DNA from: a virus
Lineage: Duplodnaviria > Caudoviricetes
IMG/VR virus record: IMGVR_UViG_3300031965_000061
Location: 1 to 44,268 of that record
Reading direction: 5' to 3' (one strand)
Length of the DNA stretch: 44,268 nt
Every line of letters begins with the position of its first letter. Position 1 is the stretch's first letter. Below the pieces are notes generated by a model that did no database searches, was not told the DNA's origin, and saw nothing but the letters and a program-made list of their open reading frames with translations. A program made the translations under genes and the position numbers. This document shows positions 35,208 to 44,268 of this stretch, in pieces.

Positions 35208-35240
35208 TGAAAAGCCCGGCCCGCTTCTCTGGGCCGGGCT
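35208..35240 (-). terminator. Rho-independent terminator after the capsid genes
   Basis: AGCCCGGCCC-8 nt loop-GGGCCGGGCT followed by TTT. Confidence 0.7.
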
Positions 35241-35275
35241 CCCCCATCAATGATGCGATCACTCGACAACTAGGA

Positions 35276-35962
35276 TTATGCGATCTCGCTGTCCACGAGG
35301 ATCCACGCGGCGCCGGTGTTAATGAACAGCGCCGTGTCTTTGTCCGCATCGATCGTCGCATGCGTTGCACTGCCCGCGATCGTTTCCGAACCGGCCGGAT
35401 CGATCGTCACAGCAGCTGCATCCGCCGTGGTTTTCCGCACGCGCAGCAATGCACCGACAGGCACATCAAGCACAGTCGGAAGATTCAGCGTGGCCGCCGC
35501 GGTATTCGGCGCCAGCACCAGGAGCAGCCCGCCGCTCGAGAAGTCGTACAAGCTCAGAGTAGTCGCACCGGTCGCCGCAATCGTCAGAACGCGATTACCC
35601 TCGCCCGTGAACTTATCCAAGCGAACCTTGCAGGTCGTTGCCGCGGAGGCCTTGGCAACCTCGGCATGCCCGATGTAGATCAGGCCGCTCGCGACGGTCT
35701 TGTCCACACGCGCATTGACGGGATCCCAATAAACCTTCTGGCCGGCCTTGATCGCCTCGGTTGTTTCGTGCGCCTTCGCCGTCAAGACGTGAACGCCGGT
35801 CACATCGATCTCACCAACCCCTCCGTCCACCGTGTCCACCGTCAACACGCCGGCACGCTCAAGGGTTGCCTGGATCGACCCGCTCAACTTCGTGGATCCG
35901 CCGGAACCAGTTCCATTCGTCCAGGGGATGACATTTCCCCACTTCAGCCTCGATGTTGCCAT
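35276..35962 (-). CDS. DUF2190-family capsid decoration/cement protein with C-terminal extension
   Basis: GEIDVTGVHVL.AK, AIKAGQKVYWD, IG.A...KAS...CKVRLD; directly after the major capsid gene. Confidence 0.8.
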   Translation of the reverse strand: MATSRLKWGNVIPWTNGTGSGGSTKLSGSIQATLERAGVLTVDTVDGGVGEIDVTGVHVLTAKAHETTEAIKAGQKVYWDPVNARVDKTVASGLIYIGHAEVAKASAATTCKVRLDKFTGEGNRVLTIAATGATTLSLYDFSSGGLLLVLAPNTAAATLNLPTVLDVPVGALLRVRKTTADAAAVTIDPAGSETIAGSATHATIDADKDTALFINTGAAWILVDSEIA

Positions 35963-35994
35963 GATCCTGTCCTTTCATTTTTTACTGCGAGTCA

Positions 35995-36025
35995 AAAGGT
36001 GAAGGGGCGGATTTCTCCACCCCCC
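35995..36025 (-). terminator. GAAA-tetraloop hairpin after the major capsid gene (weak terminator or stabiliser)
   Basis: GGGGTGGA GAAA TCCGCCCC followed by TTCACCTTTT. Confidence 0.45.
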
Positions 36026-36031
36026 GATTCA

Positions 36032-38425
36032 TTATTCACCCGGTCCCGTGTATGCGTTCTTCGCCAGGCCACGATAATCGATCGGCGCAGCCGCGACATC
36101 GAGCCGGACCTTCATTCGAAGACCGTCGATCTCGAAGCCCTCCTGCTCCTCGAAGAACGGAGCATCCACGCCGTCCAGGAACGCCACTTCGATCGTGTCG
36201 ATCTGGCTGGTGTCGGCAGCAACCGCCCATTCATACTGCCATGCGCTGGTGCCCTGCTCCAGTTCCGCGTCACTTACAACCTGGAGCTTATTGAAGAACG
36301 GGTTGATCACATTGGCATTCGTCTTCGCCGGATCGCCCGCCGAGCCGATCACCTGCTCGGCAGTCGTTGCCATCGTCGGCGTCGTGATCAGATAGCGAGG
36401 CGTGATGTTGAGCATCACCTTCTCGCCATCATCGTTCGCCGGCTGCATGCCCGCCTGCTTCTGCATCAGGGCGCGCAGTTCGGAGATGGTAGCCACGGTG
36501 ATGTCGCCGGCCGTCCCAAGATTCGCGTGCGTCGAGTGAAACAGCGCCACGGTATCCGACAAGTCCGGATTGGCCTTCAAGATGCGGTACACCAGCCGGT
36601 TCGGAAGCCGGCGGGCAGCCGCACCCATCATGCGCGGAATGCGCGTCAGGCCGTCCAGATCATCGTTGCGGATCGTCTGGCGAGTGACCGAGAGAATCCG
36701 GCCGAAGGTGATGAGGCGGTATTTCTCCTCTTCATCGCTCAGCTTGCCTTCCGTGAATTCGCCATTCTCGCTCACCTGCAGGAGATCGGGCGATTCCGAA
36801 AGGCGGATGACGTGGCGATCTTTGAAGTCGCCAATGGACACCTTGCGCGTCCAGACCTGGTAGGTCGTCGGCGCTTCCTCGTACCCCGTCTGCAGGGCTT
36901 TGTTCTGCACATCGGCCAGCAGCAGGGGCAGATCGCTCGTCGTGTGGCTGAACGCCGCATCGGCGCGTGTCAGGAGCTGACGCCCGGCGAAGCGAAGGCG
37001 AGGACGATTCGCGCGACTCAACGCCGTCTCGATCATCTCCTCCATGTCGGCTCCGCGGTGGTAATTGCCCGCGACTTCCAGGCTCTCGCGAACGAAATCG
37101 CGAAGCGTGTAGCCACGATACTTCATCCATTCCGGCGAGGGGTCCTTGACCGCGATGCCACCACGGATCAGGATCGCATCGACCGCGCCCTTGCGGAACG
37201 TGTCGCGCTGGTCCCGCGTCACCTGCACGCGCTGCCCCAGAGGCTGCGTGGCAGAAGCCGCCTGCGCCACGTCCTTTGCCCGCTGGATCGTCCAGACCTC
37301 GGACACCGCGCGCTCTTGGATTTCCGAGCCACAAGCCGCCAGCGCCAAGCGCACGCCCTCAATGCGAGTGCGCTCGCGCAACGCCGCAGCCTCACGCTCC
37401 GCTTCGACATCGACCACATTCGCTGCCTTGCGCTTCTTCGGGGTGCGCCGAGACTTCTTCTTGGACTTCTCGTCCTCGTCTTCGTCCTCATCGTCCATCA
37501 TGTCCTCGGCGCGTTCGTCCTTGTCTTCGTCCTCGTCGTCATCGTTGGCGCGTTTGCCGGCGCCATTCAGCGCCTTCAGCACCTCGCCGGTTTCGATCAC
37601 CGTCACGGACTGGCCGCCACGCCGCAGCGCATCGATCTCACTCCACGACAGCTCACATTCTGTTCCGTCTGATTTCCGCACCTTCACCTTCATCTTTTCC
37701 GTCCCTCCTTTGTGGGCGCTCCGTCCCTTCTCGACAAACAAAGTATTCAACACGGCCAGTTTCCCGCGGTCGTCCAGTTCCGGCGACCCGAGCACCTGCC
37801 CCTTTGTACGAAATCCGCTGCGCGGATCTGCGGGCACCGCCACCAATGATACTTCTAGCGGTTCCCAATCGACGGCAACCAGCGCGGGACCGTCAAACAG
37901 ACGGCCATCGACCTCCGCACTCTCGCCCTCGCCAATGCGCTGATATTTGTGCACCTGGTATCCGACACTTGCCTTCCTCAGATGCCCGCCATCCACCAGC
38001 TCAAAAGCATTCTTTGCCCGATCCGTCTCCGCAAAATGCGGGACGCCGAGCAGCTCGTCATCATTTACATTCAGCCCATCGACATGCCCAAGCGTGTCGG
38101 CCACAGTCATCCGGCTGTGCGAATCCTGGAACGGCAGGTAATCCTCCGCCGGCATTCGTGCTCCCGTCATCAAGAGCACTTCGGGCATTTCGCTCCATGT
38201 CTCCCAGTCCCAGATCCGCACCGGCGCTTCCGTCGCGATCACCATCTCCAAGTCGCGATGATCACCCCCTCCCGGCTCCCGACTGGCCCCAACGCGAACG
38301 CGAAGCTTCCCCGTCGATCGCATGCGCGAGTCGCTGCCGCGGCGCGCAAGTTCTCGGCGTGCTTCTGCGTCCCCAGATTCCGCCAATTGAACCAGCCGCT
38401 TCAGGTCGAGATCGCCGTAGTTCAC
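36032..38425 (-). CDS. Fused prohead protease-major capsid protein (HK97 fold)
   Basis: Protease: FQDSH, ASVGY, WEPLEVSLVAVPADP; capsid: HTTSDLPLLL, TFGRILSVTRQTIRNDDL, KVRLDVAAAPIDYRG. Confidence 0.92.
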   Translation of the reverse strand: MNYGDLDLKRLVQLAESGDAEARRELARRGSDSRMRSTGKLRVRVGASREPGGGDHRDLEMVIATEAPVRIWDWETWSEMPEVLLMTGARMPAEDYLPFQDSHSRMTVADTLGHVDGLNVNDDELLGVPHFAETDRAKNAFELVDGGHLRKASVGYQVHKYQRIGEGESAEVDGRLFDGPALVAVDWEPLEVSLVAVPADPRSGFRTKGQVLGSPELDDRGKLAVLNTLFVEKGRSAHKGGTEKMKVKVRKSDGTECELSWSEIDALRRGGQSVTVIETGEVLKALNGAGKRANDDDEDEDKDERAEDMMDDEDEDEDEKSKKKSRRTPKKRKAANVVDVEAEREAAALRERTRIEGVRLALAACGSEIQERAVSEVWTIQRAKDVAQAASATQPLGQRVQVTRDQRDTFRKGAVDAILIRGGIAVKDPSPEWMKYRGYTLRDFVRESLEVAGNYHRGADMEEMIETALSRANRPRLRFAGRQLLTRADAAFSHTTSDLPLLLADVQNKALQTGYEEAPTTYQVWTRKVSIGDFKDRHVIRLSESPDLLQVSENGEFTEGKLSDEEEKYRLITFGRILSVTRQTIRNDDLDGLTRIPRMMGAAARRLPNRLVYRILKANPDLSDTVALFHSTHANLGTAGDITVATISELRALMQKQAGMQPANDDGEKVMLNITPRYLITTPTMATTAEQVIGSAGDPAKTNANVINPFFNKLQVVSDAELEQGTSAWQYEWAVAADTSQIDTIEVAFLDGVDAPFFEEQEGFEIDGLRMKVRLDVAAAPIDYRGLAKNAYTGPGE

Positions 38426-39987
38426 GCGCCACCCCCGTTTACGGCCGCGATTCCTGCCGCGATCTCATCACCCGTGGCCGGCAATTTCGCGGGTTCCCAC
38501 GCAATTCCCGGAGTCTGCAAATTGAATTCTTCATCAAGCTCGCGCTGCCGCAGGATTGCTTTTCGCTGCTCGCGCGGATCCTTCCCTCTGGATGCCACCA
38601 TCTGATCCCACGTCATTTCACCAGTCCGGAGAGCCATTTCCAAAGCCTGCCGATCTTTCACAGGATCGATCAGCGGACGCGCCGGCATCTGCCATTCCAA
38701 GCCCGCCAAGATACTTTCCGCCGTCCGGTTCTTCAGCTTCACCTCGCCAATCATGACCGCCCACTCCAACCAGTCCTCCACAATCGGCCGGCAAAGCATG
38801 TCGATCATGTCGTCCTGCACCTCTTCATAGGTGGGGACGCTCATGTTTTCCGACATCTTCGCGCTCGAATAGTTGACCTTCGAGAAGTCCCCCGTCACGA
38901 CATGCGGCGGGATTCCCATGTTCACCGCCCAATCGTGATAGAAGGAAAGCAAGAGCGCCTGAAACTCAGGCGACGGAGTATTGGATGTCAGAAGCGACAC
39001 CTCGCCATTGTATTCGATCGCCTGTCCCGGCTCCATCTTATGCTCGAAAACAGTCTGCCCTGTCTCGCTATCGAGCGTCTCCACCTGCACCTGTCCGTCA
39101 TCAGCGGAAACATCAAAGGCGCCACCAGGTGAATCCATCGCGGGCTTGAAGTGCATTCCAGCATAGCTCTCCATGCGCTTGCGCGTCAGCTCCGCAGTCT
39201 TCGCATCCGTCGCATCGAACAGCGAAAGCGCCCCCGCCGCGAAGTCCGGAGCACCACGCCACTGCAAGGGCCGCTCGATGTCGTAATAGTGATAAACCCT
39301 GTCGGCCGGGATCTCCTCCCAGTCGCTCTCCAGCCACGGAAGCCCTGGGTCCCCCTTGGAAATCAGGTAGCCGATCGGCTCGCCGATTGCATTGTACCGA
39401 ATACCCCCGACAATCTGCTCGCCCGGCCCCACGCTCGCCCGCGTGTCCGCCACCCGCGCGAGTTGCTCCGGCTCGATCATCTGCAACCGAAAACGTCCAT
39501 CCACGATCGAGCGAACCAGCAAGCCGCCGCCGGCCGTCATCTTGTCCAGCCCGGCAACCTGAACGACTTTCCGCCACGACAAACCGCGCTGGCCCTTCAC
39601 GCCGATCGCGCGCGCCGTCCGGCGCCATGCCGCATCAATGTCGTCATCTTCAAACTGAGGCCACGGCCCCAGCCTGCCGACAACCATGTGAATCAGGAAC
39701 TTCGCCGCCCGCTTGGCCTGCGGATTGTTCCGGAACAAGTACCGCCCGATGGCCTGCAGGCGCGCTTCATCCGCCAGAAGAAGGACTTCCCCGCTTCGCC
39801 GAAGCCCGGCAAGATTATGGAGTTTCGCCGTCAGCCGCCCGGGCTTCGCAACATCATAACCGGCGCGCCCCATGAGCGCCCGCCCGGCCGCCTTCAACCG
39901 TCCCCATAAAGAGAAAGAGCGGGTGGACGCGCCGCCAGGCGTCCCACCCGCTCTCCTCTGCCGCTTGGGGTTTCCGGGCCCTCCCAA
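38422..39987 (-). CDS. Lambda-family portal protein (start uncertain)
   Basis: RYLFRNNP, LQMIEPEQL, ERPLQWRG, TGDFSKVNYSSA, IDPVKD. Confidence 0.92.
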   Translation of the reverse strand: MGGPGNPKRQRRAGGTPGGASTRSFSLWGRLKAAGRALMGRAGYDVAKPGRLTAKLHNLAGLRRSGEVLLLADEARLQAIGRYLFRNNPQAKRAAKFLIHMVVGRLGPWPQFEDDDIDAAWRRTARAIGVKGQRGLSWRKVVQVAGLDKMTAGGGLLVRSIVDGRFRLQMIEPEQLARVADTRASVGPGEQIVGGIRYNAIGEPIGYLISKGDPGLPWLESDWEEIPADRVYHYYDIERPLQWRGAPDFAAGALSLFDATDAKTAELTRKRMESYAGMHFKPAMDSPGGAFDVSADDGQVQVETLDSETGQTVFEHKMEPGQAIEYNGEVSLLTSNTPSPEFQALLLSFYHDWAVNMGIPPHVVTGDFSKVNYSSAKMSENMSVPTYEEVQDDMIDMLCRPIVEDWLEWAVMIGEVKLKNRTAESILAGLEWQMPARPLIDPVKDRQALEMALRTGEMTWDQMVASRGKDPREQRKAILRQRELDEEFNLQTPGIAWEPAKLPATGDEIAAGIAAVNGGGA

Positions 39988-40033
39988 ATTACAATCCGTC
40001 CCTGATTCCCGGTCCCCGGTCCGGTCCTCGCGC

Positions 40034-40222
40034 CTACATTAACTTCATCCGAACTTGCCACACCCTCCCCGACTGGGCGATCTTCCTCAGCTTGATCAGC
40101 GATTCCACCTGGTCCTTCAGGCTCGCCGTCTCAACCGACGCGCCATTCGCAGACTGCTTCTCGATCAGCGCCTCCCCGCTCGTGATCGATTGCTCAATCT
40201 GCTCGACCAATGGGTCCGCCAT
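40034..40222 (-). CDS. gpW-like head completion protein
   Basis: Start re-called at MADPLVEQIE; 62 aa directly upstream of the lambda-type portal. Confidence 0.6.
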   Translation of the reverse strand: MADPLVEQIEQSITSGEALIEKQSANGASVETASLKDQVESLIKLRKIAQSGRVWQVRMKLM

Positions 40223-40399
40223 TTTCCAAACCCCCAGAAGATTGACAGGCGGCCCGCTACTATCCCGGGGAGGAAAGGCCAAGAGCCTGAAGGGGGCCGC
40301 CCGTCGCGTCAAGTCAGAGCCAGTTGGGTGGTGGCTGTCAAGTATCTGGGGCTGTCGGATGCTTGGAATCCAAGCACAACTTTTTCTACCCCTGGCGCC

Positions 40400-40449
40400 T
40401 GCACTTTTTCTCCACCAAAAGTTACCCACAAAGGGGGAGAAAAAGTGCA
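40400..40449. repeat. Perfect 14-bp inverted repeat
   Basis: TGCACTTTTTCTCC-N22-GGAGAAAAAGTGCA. Confidence 0.8.
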
Positions 40450-40665
40450 AACCGCCCACGGCTCCACTATTCCGAGGGCGGAAAGAGCCTCTTTCCGAGC
40501 CCGAAATATCCGATGGGGAAAAAGAAAACCGCCCCAGAGAGGGGCGTCCGCGACGTGACGGGCGACAAACCGGGTGCCGATTTTGCCGGTTCTGCCGAAT
40601 CTATTTTCTATCCTACGCGGGAGAAAAACGGGACAGATAGAAAAACAAACCCTATAGAGGGAAAA

Positions 40666-40701
40666 CAAACTCGGCAAACTCGGCAAACTCGGCAAACTCG
40701 G
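40666..40701. repeat. 9-bp tandem repeat x4 (CAAACTCGG)
   Basis: Seen directly in the sequence. Confidence 0.95.
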
Positions 40702-40736
40702 CAGGAGGAATGTCCAGACTGGATCCCCACCAGTCC

Positions 40737-41027
40737 TCATTCCGGAGTTGCTCGCTTGGAGTAGTCCCTCACATCAAATTCTTTCAAGCACGCCTTGCAT
40801 TTCCGCCGCTCCTGCCTAAATCCCCTCTGGAGTCGCGAATACCGCAAGACCGACCGCACGCTCCCGCAATGGGGGCATTTCTGATAGACCTTCCCCACAA
40901 CCGGCACCGGCGTCGAGGGCTTGATCGCCGCCGGCGGATCGCCTTCAGGCATTCGCTCCTCCACAATCGGCTCCCGCCACTGAATCTCAACCCCTCGCTT
41001 GCCGCGACGCCTGGTCATCATCGTCAC
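40737..41027 (-). CDS. Zinc-ribbon protein (Ogr/Delta- or NrdR-N-like)
   Basis: CPHCGS...ERRKCKACLKEF. Confidence 0.7.
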   Translation of the reverse strand: MTMMTRRRGKRGVEIQWREPIVEERMPEGDPPAAIKPSTPVPVVGKVYQKCPHCGSVRSVLRYSRLQRGFRQERRKCKACLKEFDVRDYSKRATPE

Positions 41028-41803
41028 TCCTTTTCGGTGTCTTCTTCGATTCGGATTGGATATCCCGACAGCATCCCTTTTTTCTTCAGGTCCCTTCCAA
41101 CGCGCCGCAAATGATTCCCCAGCTTGATCAATTCATCGCCCAAGTCGGACATGGATTCATCGGCGCTGGAACCAGACCCAATAATGATATCATCTTCAAA
41201 ATGATAGGTTGCAGTAAAATCTTCCCCAAACTGGAAGCCAGGACCGTACAAGATTATCTCATGCGGATGACGCCACTCCACAAGACTACGCTCATGCATG
41301 AGTTTTTCCAGATCATCAATGCATACCTCTCCGGTCTCTTTTCTCCTGACAATCTCAGCCCGCCTTTTCTCATTGTGATTTGAAATCAGGAGGTTCAGAA
41401 TTTTGCGAGTCATACTGTATCTGAGAGCGGCATCGAAGGAATCCATCCATAGAGCTTGATCAGAACGCACATTGGAGAATGGGCTGGTCAACCTAATCCT
41501 GCTTCCTATGTTTCTCGTATTTTCGATAAACCCCTCGAAGGTCAGCAGTGACACCACTTCCCATTCAGAAACATGGTTTTTCTTGAACTTGTTCCAAGTC
41601 CACAAATAAGGAGACTGGCGAGGAGATTCCCCCACCAACCCGGAAAGAAAAACTTTCATGTCCCATTCATGATGACATTCCTGATCCAAAGCCCAACAGC
41701 GAACAGAAAAACAAAATGACTTCGGGTCAAGCATCGAACAACCGGAAAAATCCAAACGACTCACATGGTTGAACCACTGCACTGGATTCACTTGATCTTC
41801 CAT
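41024..41803 (-). CDS. Hypothetical low-GC protein inserted after terL
   Basis: 259-aa ORF visibly more AT-rich than its flanks; GAGGTGAGAG RBS. Confidence 0.65.
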   Translation of the reverse strand: MEDQVNPVQWFNHVSRLDFSGCSMLDPKSFCFSVRCWALDQECHHEWDMKVFLSGLVGESPRQSPYLWTWNKFKKNHVSEWEVVSLLTFEGFIENTRNIGSRIRLTSPFSNVRSDQALWMDSFDAALRYSMTRKILNLLISNHNEKRRAEIVRRKETGEVCIDDLEKLMHERSLVEWRHPHEIILYGPGFQFGEDFTATYHFEDDIIIGSGSSADESMSDLGDELIKLGNHLRRVGRDLKKKGMLSGYPIRIEEDTEKE

Positions 41804-41814
41804 CTTCTCTCACC

Positions 41815-43680
41815 TCACACCTTGATTCGCCCCAACGTCCTCACCCCCCGCCTCGCCCGCACGGGCCCCTGAACCAGCCCGGCAGACACTCCCACCCCCA
41901 ACGCGATGATCAGCGCATCCCACCAGTGATTCTCCCCCTCGTATCCATCACGCGGTTGCCAGTACACCTGCTCCTGTCCATTCCGCTGCCGCACCCGCTG
42001 GCGCTCCTCGGAAACAATTCCCCGCTGGAAGCGCAGATCCTCCGCCGCCTCCGATGCAAACACCACCGCGTTCGGATCGCCCGGCGAACGGGCAAACCAG
42101 CCCGCGAACAAATCCTTCAATGCCACCGTCCCCAATCTCAGTAATTCCACCCGATGATCACTCTGTGAAGTTTTCGACCACGCCACCAGGCCGCCGCCTC
42201 CGATCACCCGCTCGCCCTTTGTCGGCAGCACCTTCCGCCCCGCCTTCCGCTGCAAAGCCCACTTCCGTGCGTAGGCATACACGCGATCGCGATGCAGGCC
42301 GGACCCGGAATCAAATCCCACCCGCAAGAGAGGCAACTCACGCCCCTCGGGCAAAGTCAGTCCCGTCGTCACCAGCGCGTCGAGCGCACCATGCATCCCT
42401 TCGAAGTCGCCCTGCAGGAATCCCCAATCGCTCACCGCTACTCGAGGGCCGTGGCGATTGACACCCAACTTGATCCAGAATACTCCATCATCCTGCACAT
42501 CACACCCCAGCAGGGCTGCTTCCGTCCCCGTCGGCACCGTCCCTCGCGCTAGCCCCGGGTTGCACCGATCGACCACCGCCCTTTCCGCCATGACCATCTT
42601 CCGCGGCTGGTACGGCAGCGCCAAAAAATGATTGCGAAAGATCATCATCGGCTCCTCGTGCCGGCGCTCCTCCGCGGCCTTCGCCTTCAGAAACTCCGCC
42701 GCGATCTCCCGCATCGTCACATCCGGCGATGCGAACGCATTGAGATGGAAGCCCCAGAACTCACGGATCTCCGGCGCCCGCGCCTTCCAATCACCTCCCC
42801 TGTTCATCTCCATCCGCACCCGGTCATCATCCACCTCGTGCCCGCACGCGGGACATTGCCACCAGACGCGCACGCGGCCCTCTTTCACTGCTTCAGCGTG
42901 CGCCTCCAGCGCCATCTTCACACCATCAACAACCGGCCGCTCTCCCCAATGCAGATCCCCCAGTGCCCACTCCTTCCGCGCGCCGCATCCCAAACACGGG
43001 ACCTCCCACTCGCACCGGTTGCTCGATTTAAATTCCCGCCATAGCGGCCCGTCGAACGTGGTTGGCGTCCCAGATCCAACCTCCCGCCGCGTATGCCGGA
43101 ACGTCCTCTGGCGCGCGCGGGCCTGATCCTGGGGGCTGCCCTCCTTCTGCGTCTTCGATGGGAACTTGTCCTCCTCCTCGAACACGATCAGTTCGCAGTC
43201 GCGTTGCGAGAGATCCTGCTCGCTCTTCGCCAGCGCCAGATATGTCGATGAATTCCGCCACCTGATTTTCGAGAACGTCAGCGCGACATCAGGTTGGCCA
43301 GCAAGCTCCTTGCGCCACCGCGGGCTTCGCAAGATCGCCCGCCCCAGTTTGTCCTCCTTGTAATCCTTCAGCGCCTTCTCGCCCGGGAACACGATCAACG
43401 AATTCGTTGGCCGCGAGCACACATGCGATTGTAGCATCATCAGCACTACCGTCGTTTTCCCCACCTGTGAGACCCACACCAGCCTGATTTTCCGGACCTC
43501 CGGCCGCGAGAACACCTCGAGCGGCAATCGCTGATAGGGCCGATCGTCCGTCCGGAAGCCCCACGCTCTCACCCCGGAGGGCACCACCCCGTGCGCCTCG
43601 GCAAACATTCGCGCGTCGAGCGGCATCGGCTTCTTCCACTCGCCGAATTCCGCAACCTGGGCAACCTGAGCGACGGTCAC
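41815..43680 (-). CDS. terL: Terminase large subunit (lambda GpA family)
   Basis: Walker A SQVGKTT, Walker B IVFEEEDKF, GTPT, two CxxC, GFHLNAFASP, GCDVQ, NHWWD; GTG start overlaps the terS stop. Confidence 0.93.
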   Translation of the reverse strand: MTVAQVAQVAEFGEWKKPMPLDARMFAEAHGVVPSGVRAWGFRTDDRPYQRLPLEVFSRPEVRKIRLVWVSQVGKTTVVLMMLQSHVCSRPTNSLIVFPGEKALKDYKEDKLGRAILRSPRWRKELAGQPDVALTFSKIRWRNSSTYLALAKSEQDLSQRDCELIVFEEEDKFPSKTQKEGSPQDQARARQRTFRHTRREVGSGTPTTFDGPLWREFKSSNRCEWEVPCLGCGARKEWALGDLHWGERPVVDGVKMALEAHAEAVKEGRVRVWWQCPACGHEVDDDRVRMEMNRGGDWKARAPEIREFWGFHLNAFASPDVTMREIAAEFLKAKAAEERRHEEPMMIFRNHFLALPYQPRKMVMAERAVVDRCNPGLARGTVPTGTEAALLGCDVQDDGVFWIKLGVNRHGPRVAVSDWGFLQGDFEGMHGALDALVTTGLTLPEGRELPLLRVGFDSGSGLHRDRVYAYARKWALQRKAGRKVLPTKGERVIGGGGLVAWSKTSQSDHRVELLRLGTVALKDLFAGWFARSPGDPNAVVFASEAAEDLRFQRGIVSEERQRVRQRNGQEQVYWQPRDGYEGENHWWDALIIALGVGVSAGLVQGPVRARRGVRTLGRIKV

Positions 43681-44225
43681 TTGGCGTACTCCATCGGCAG
43701 CTTCTCCGCAAACGACTGGAACTCCTCGCACATCTGGCGAACCTGCGCCCCGTACTTCTCGCGATCGGCCGGCTCCATCCCCGCCTCGAACGCCTCCAGC
43801 CGGTTCAGAATGAATTGGCGCATTTCCCGCCAGGCATGCTCAACACTTGCCCGCTCGAAAAGCTCTTCGCGCATCCTTCGGACTTTCAGCTCGCGCTCAT
43901 CAGCCAGGGCCTTCTGCTTCCGCGCCTCGTCAATTTCTCGCAGCATCCGGGCGCGCACAACCTGAGCGCCGAGGTCATCTCCCACCGCGCCGGCCTCGGC
44001 CGCCACAGCGTAGGGCGTCCGCCGCGCCCGCTTCGTCGCCACATGCTCCCGGTGCACGGCCAACGCTTCACGCGCCTTCTCGATGTCGTACCCGTTCGCT
44101 CCCTTCCGGATGTCACCGCGGGCAGTTAGCATTTTTGTGGTGGAGAGGCTGATGCCCAGCGCGGACGACAGTGCGTCGAGAGAGGAACACCAGCGGGCAC
44201 TTCCTGCGAGCAGCGGCCGATTCAT
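43677..44225 (-). CDS. terS: Terminase small subunit (Nu1-like)
   Basis: N-terminal HTH (LDALSSALGIS...YDIE), coiled coil; directly upstream of terL. Confidence 0.75.
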   Translation of the reverse strand: MNRPLLAGSARWCSSLDALSSALGISLSTTKMLTARGDIRKGANGYDIEKAREALAVHREHVATKRARRTPYAVAAEAGAVGDDLGAQVVRARMLREIDEARKQKALADERELKVRRMREELFERASVEHAWREMRQFILNRLEAFEAGMEPADREKYGAQVRQMCEEFQSFAEKLPMEYAK

Positions 44226-44268
44226 AAACGATCCCTTACACCGAGCGTTTTCCCGCGATCACCCCGCC

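Noticed and set aside
34754-37672. 972-aa plus-strand ORF and other long antisense ORFs (for example 37276-39132 and 30504-31844)
   Set aside because: Shadow frames of GC-rich minus-strand structural genes; no motifs or RBS
1-44268. tRNA/rRNA genes, integrase, transposase and stop-codon reassignment
   Set aside because: None recognised by eye; genes tile well under the standard code and use all three stop codons

Overview
A GC-rich, tailed dsDNA phage genome (siphovirus-like), apparently near complete, with almost all genes on the minus strand. Reading right to left: terminase small and large (GpA-type) subunits, a low-GC insert, a Zn-ribbon protein, a structured ~500 bp intergenic region, a gpW-like adaptor, a lambda-family portal, a fused prohead protease-major capsid protein, a DUF2190 decoration protein, two lipoproteins and a holin-like protein (no recognisable endolysin), head-tail and tail genes, a tail chaperone with a -1 frameshift, a short tape measure, a tail fibre and several large virion proteins I cannot assign. 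A small plus-strand island (about 13.0-15.7 kb) carries genes preceded by a repeated ~30 bp motif. The leftward early/replication arm encodes an HTH protein, a Myb/SANT-like protein, a kinase, a Cas4-like exonuclease/Sak4/SSB module, a DUF1064 nuclease, three methyltransferases, an SF2 helicase and a TOPRIM-SF3 primase-helicase that runs off the left edge and is missing from the ORF track. No integrase or ParA/ParB is visible. The best candidate for a new system is a set of host-chromosome maintenance signals in this phage: a near-canonical parS, a phased DnaA-box array, a stand-alone FtsK-gamma gene and overlapping KOPS-like octamers. All calls come from reading motifs by eye; no searches were run.
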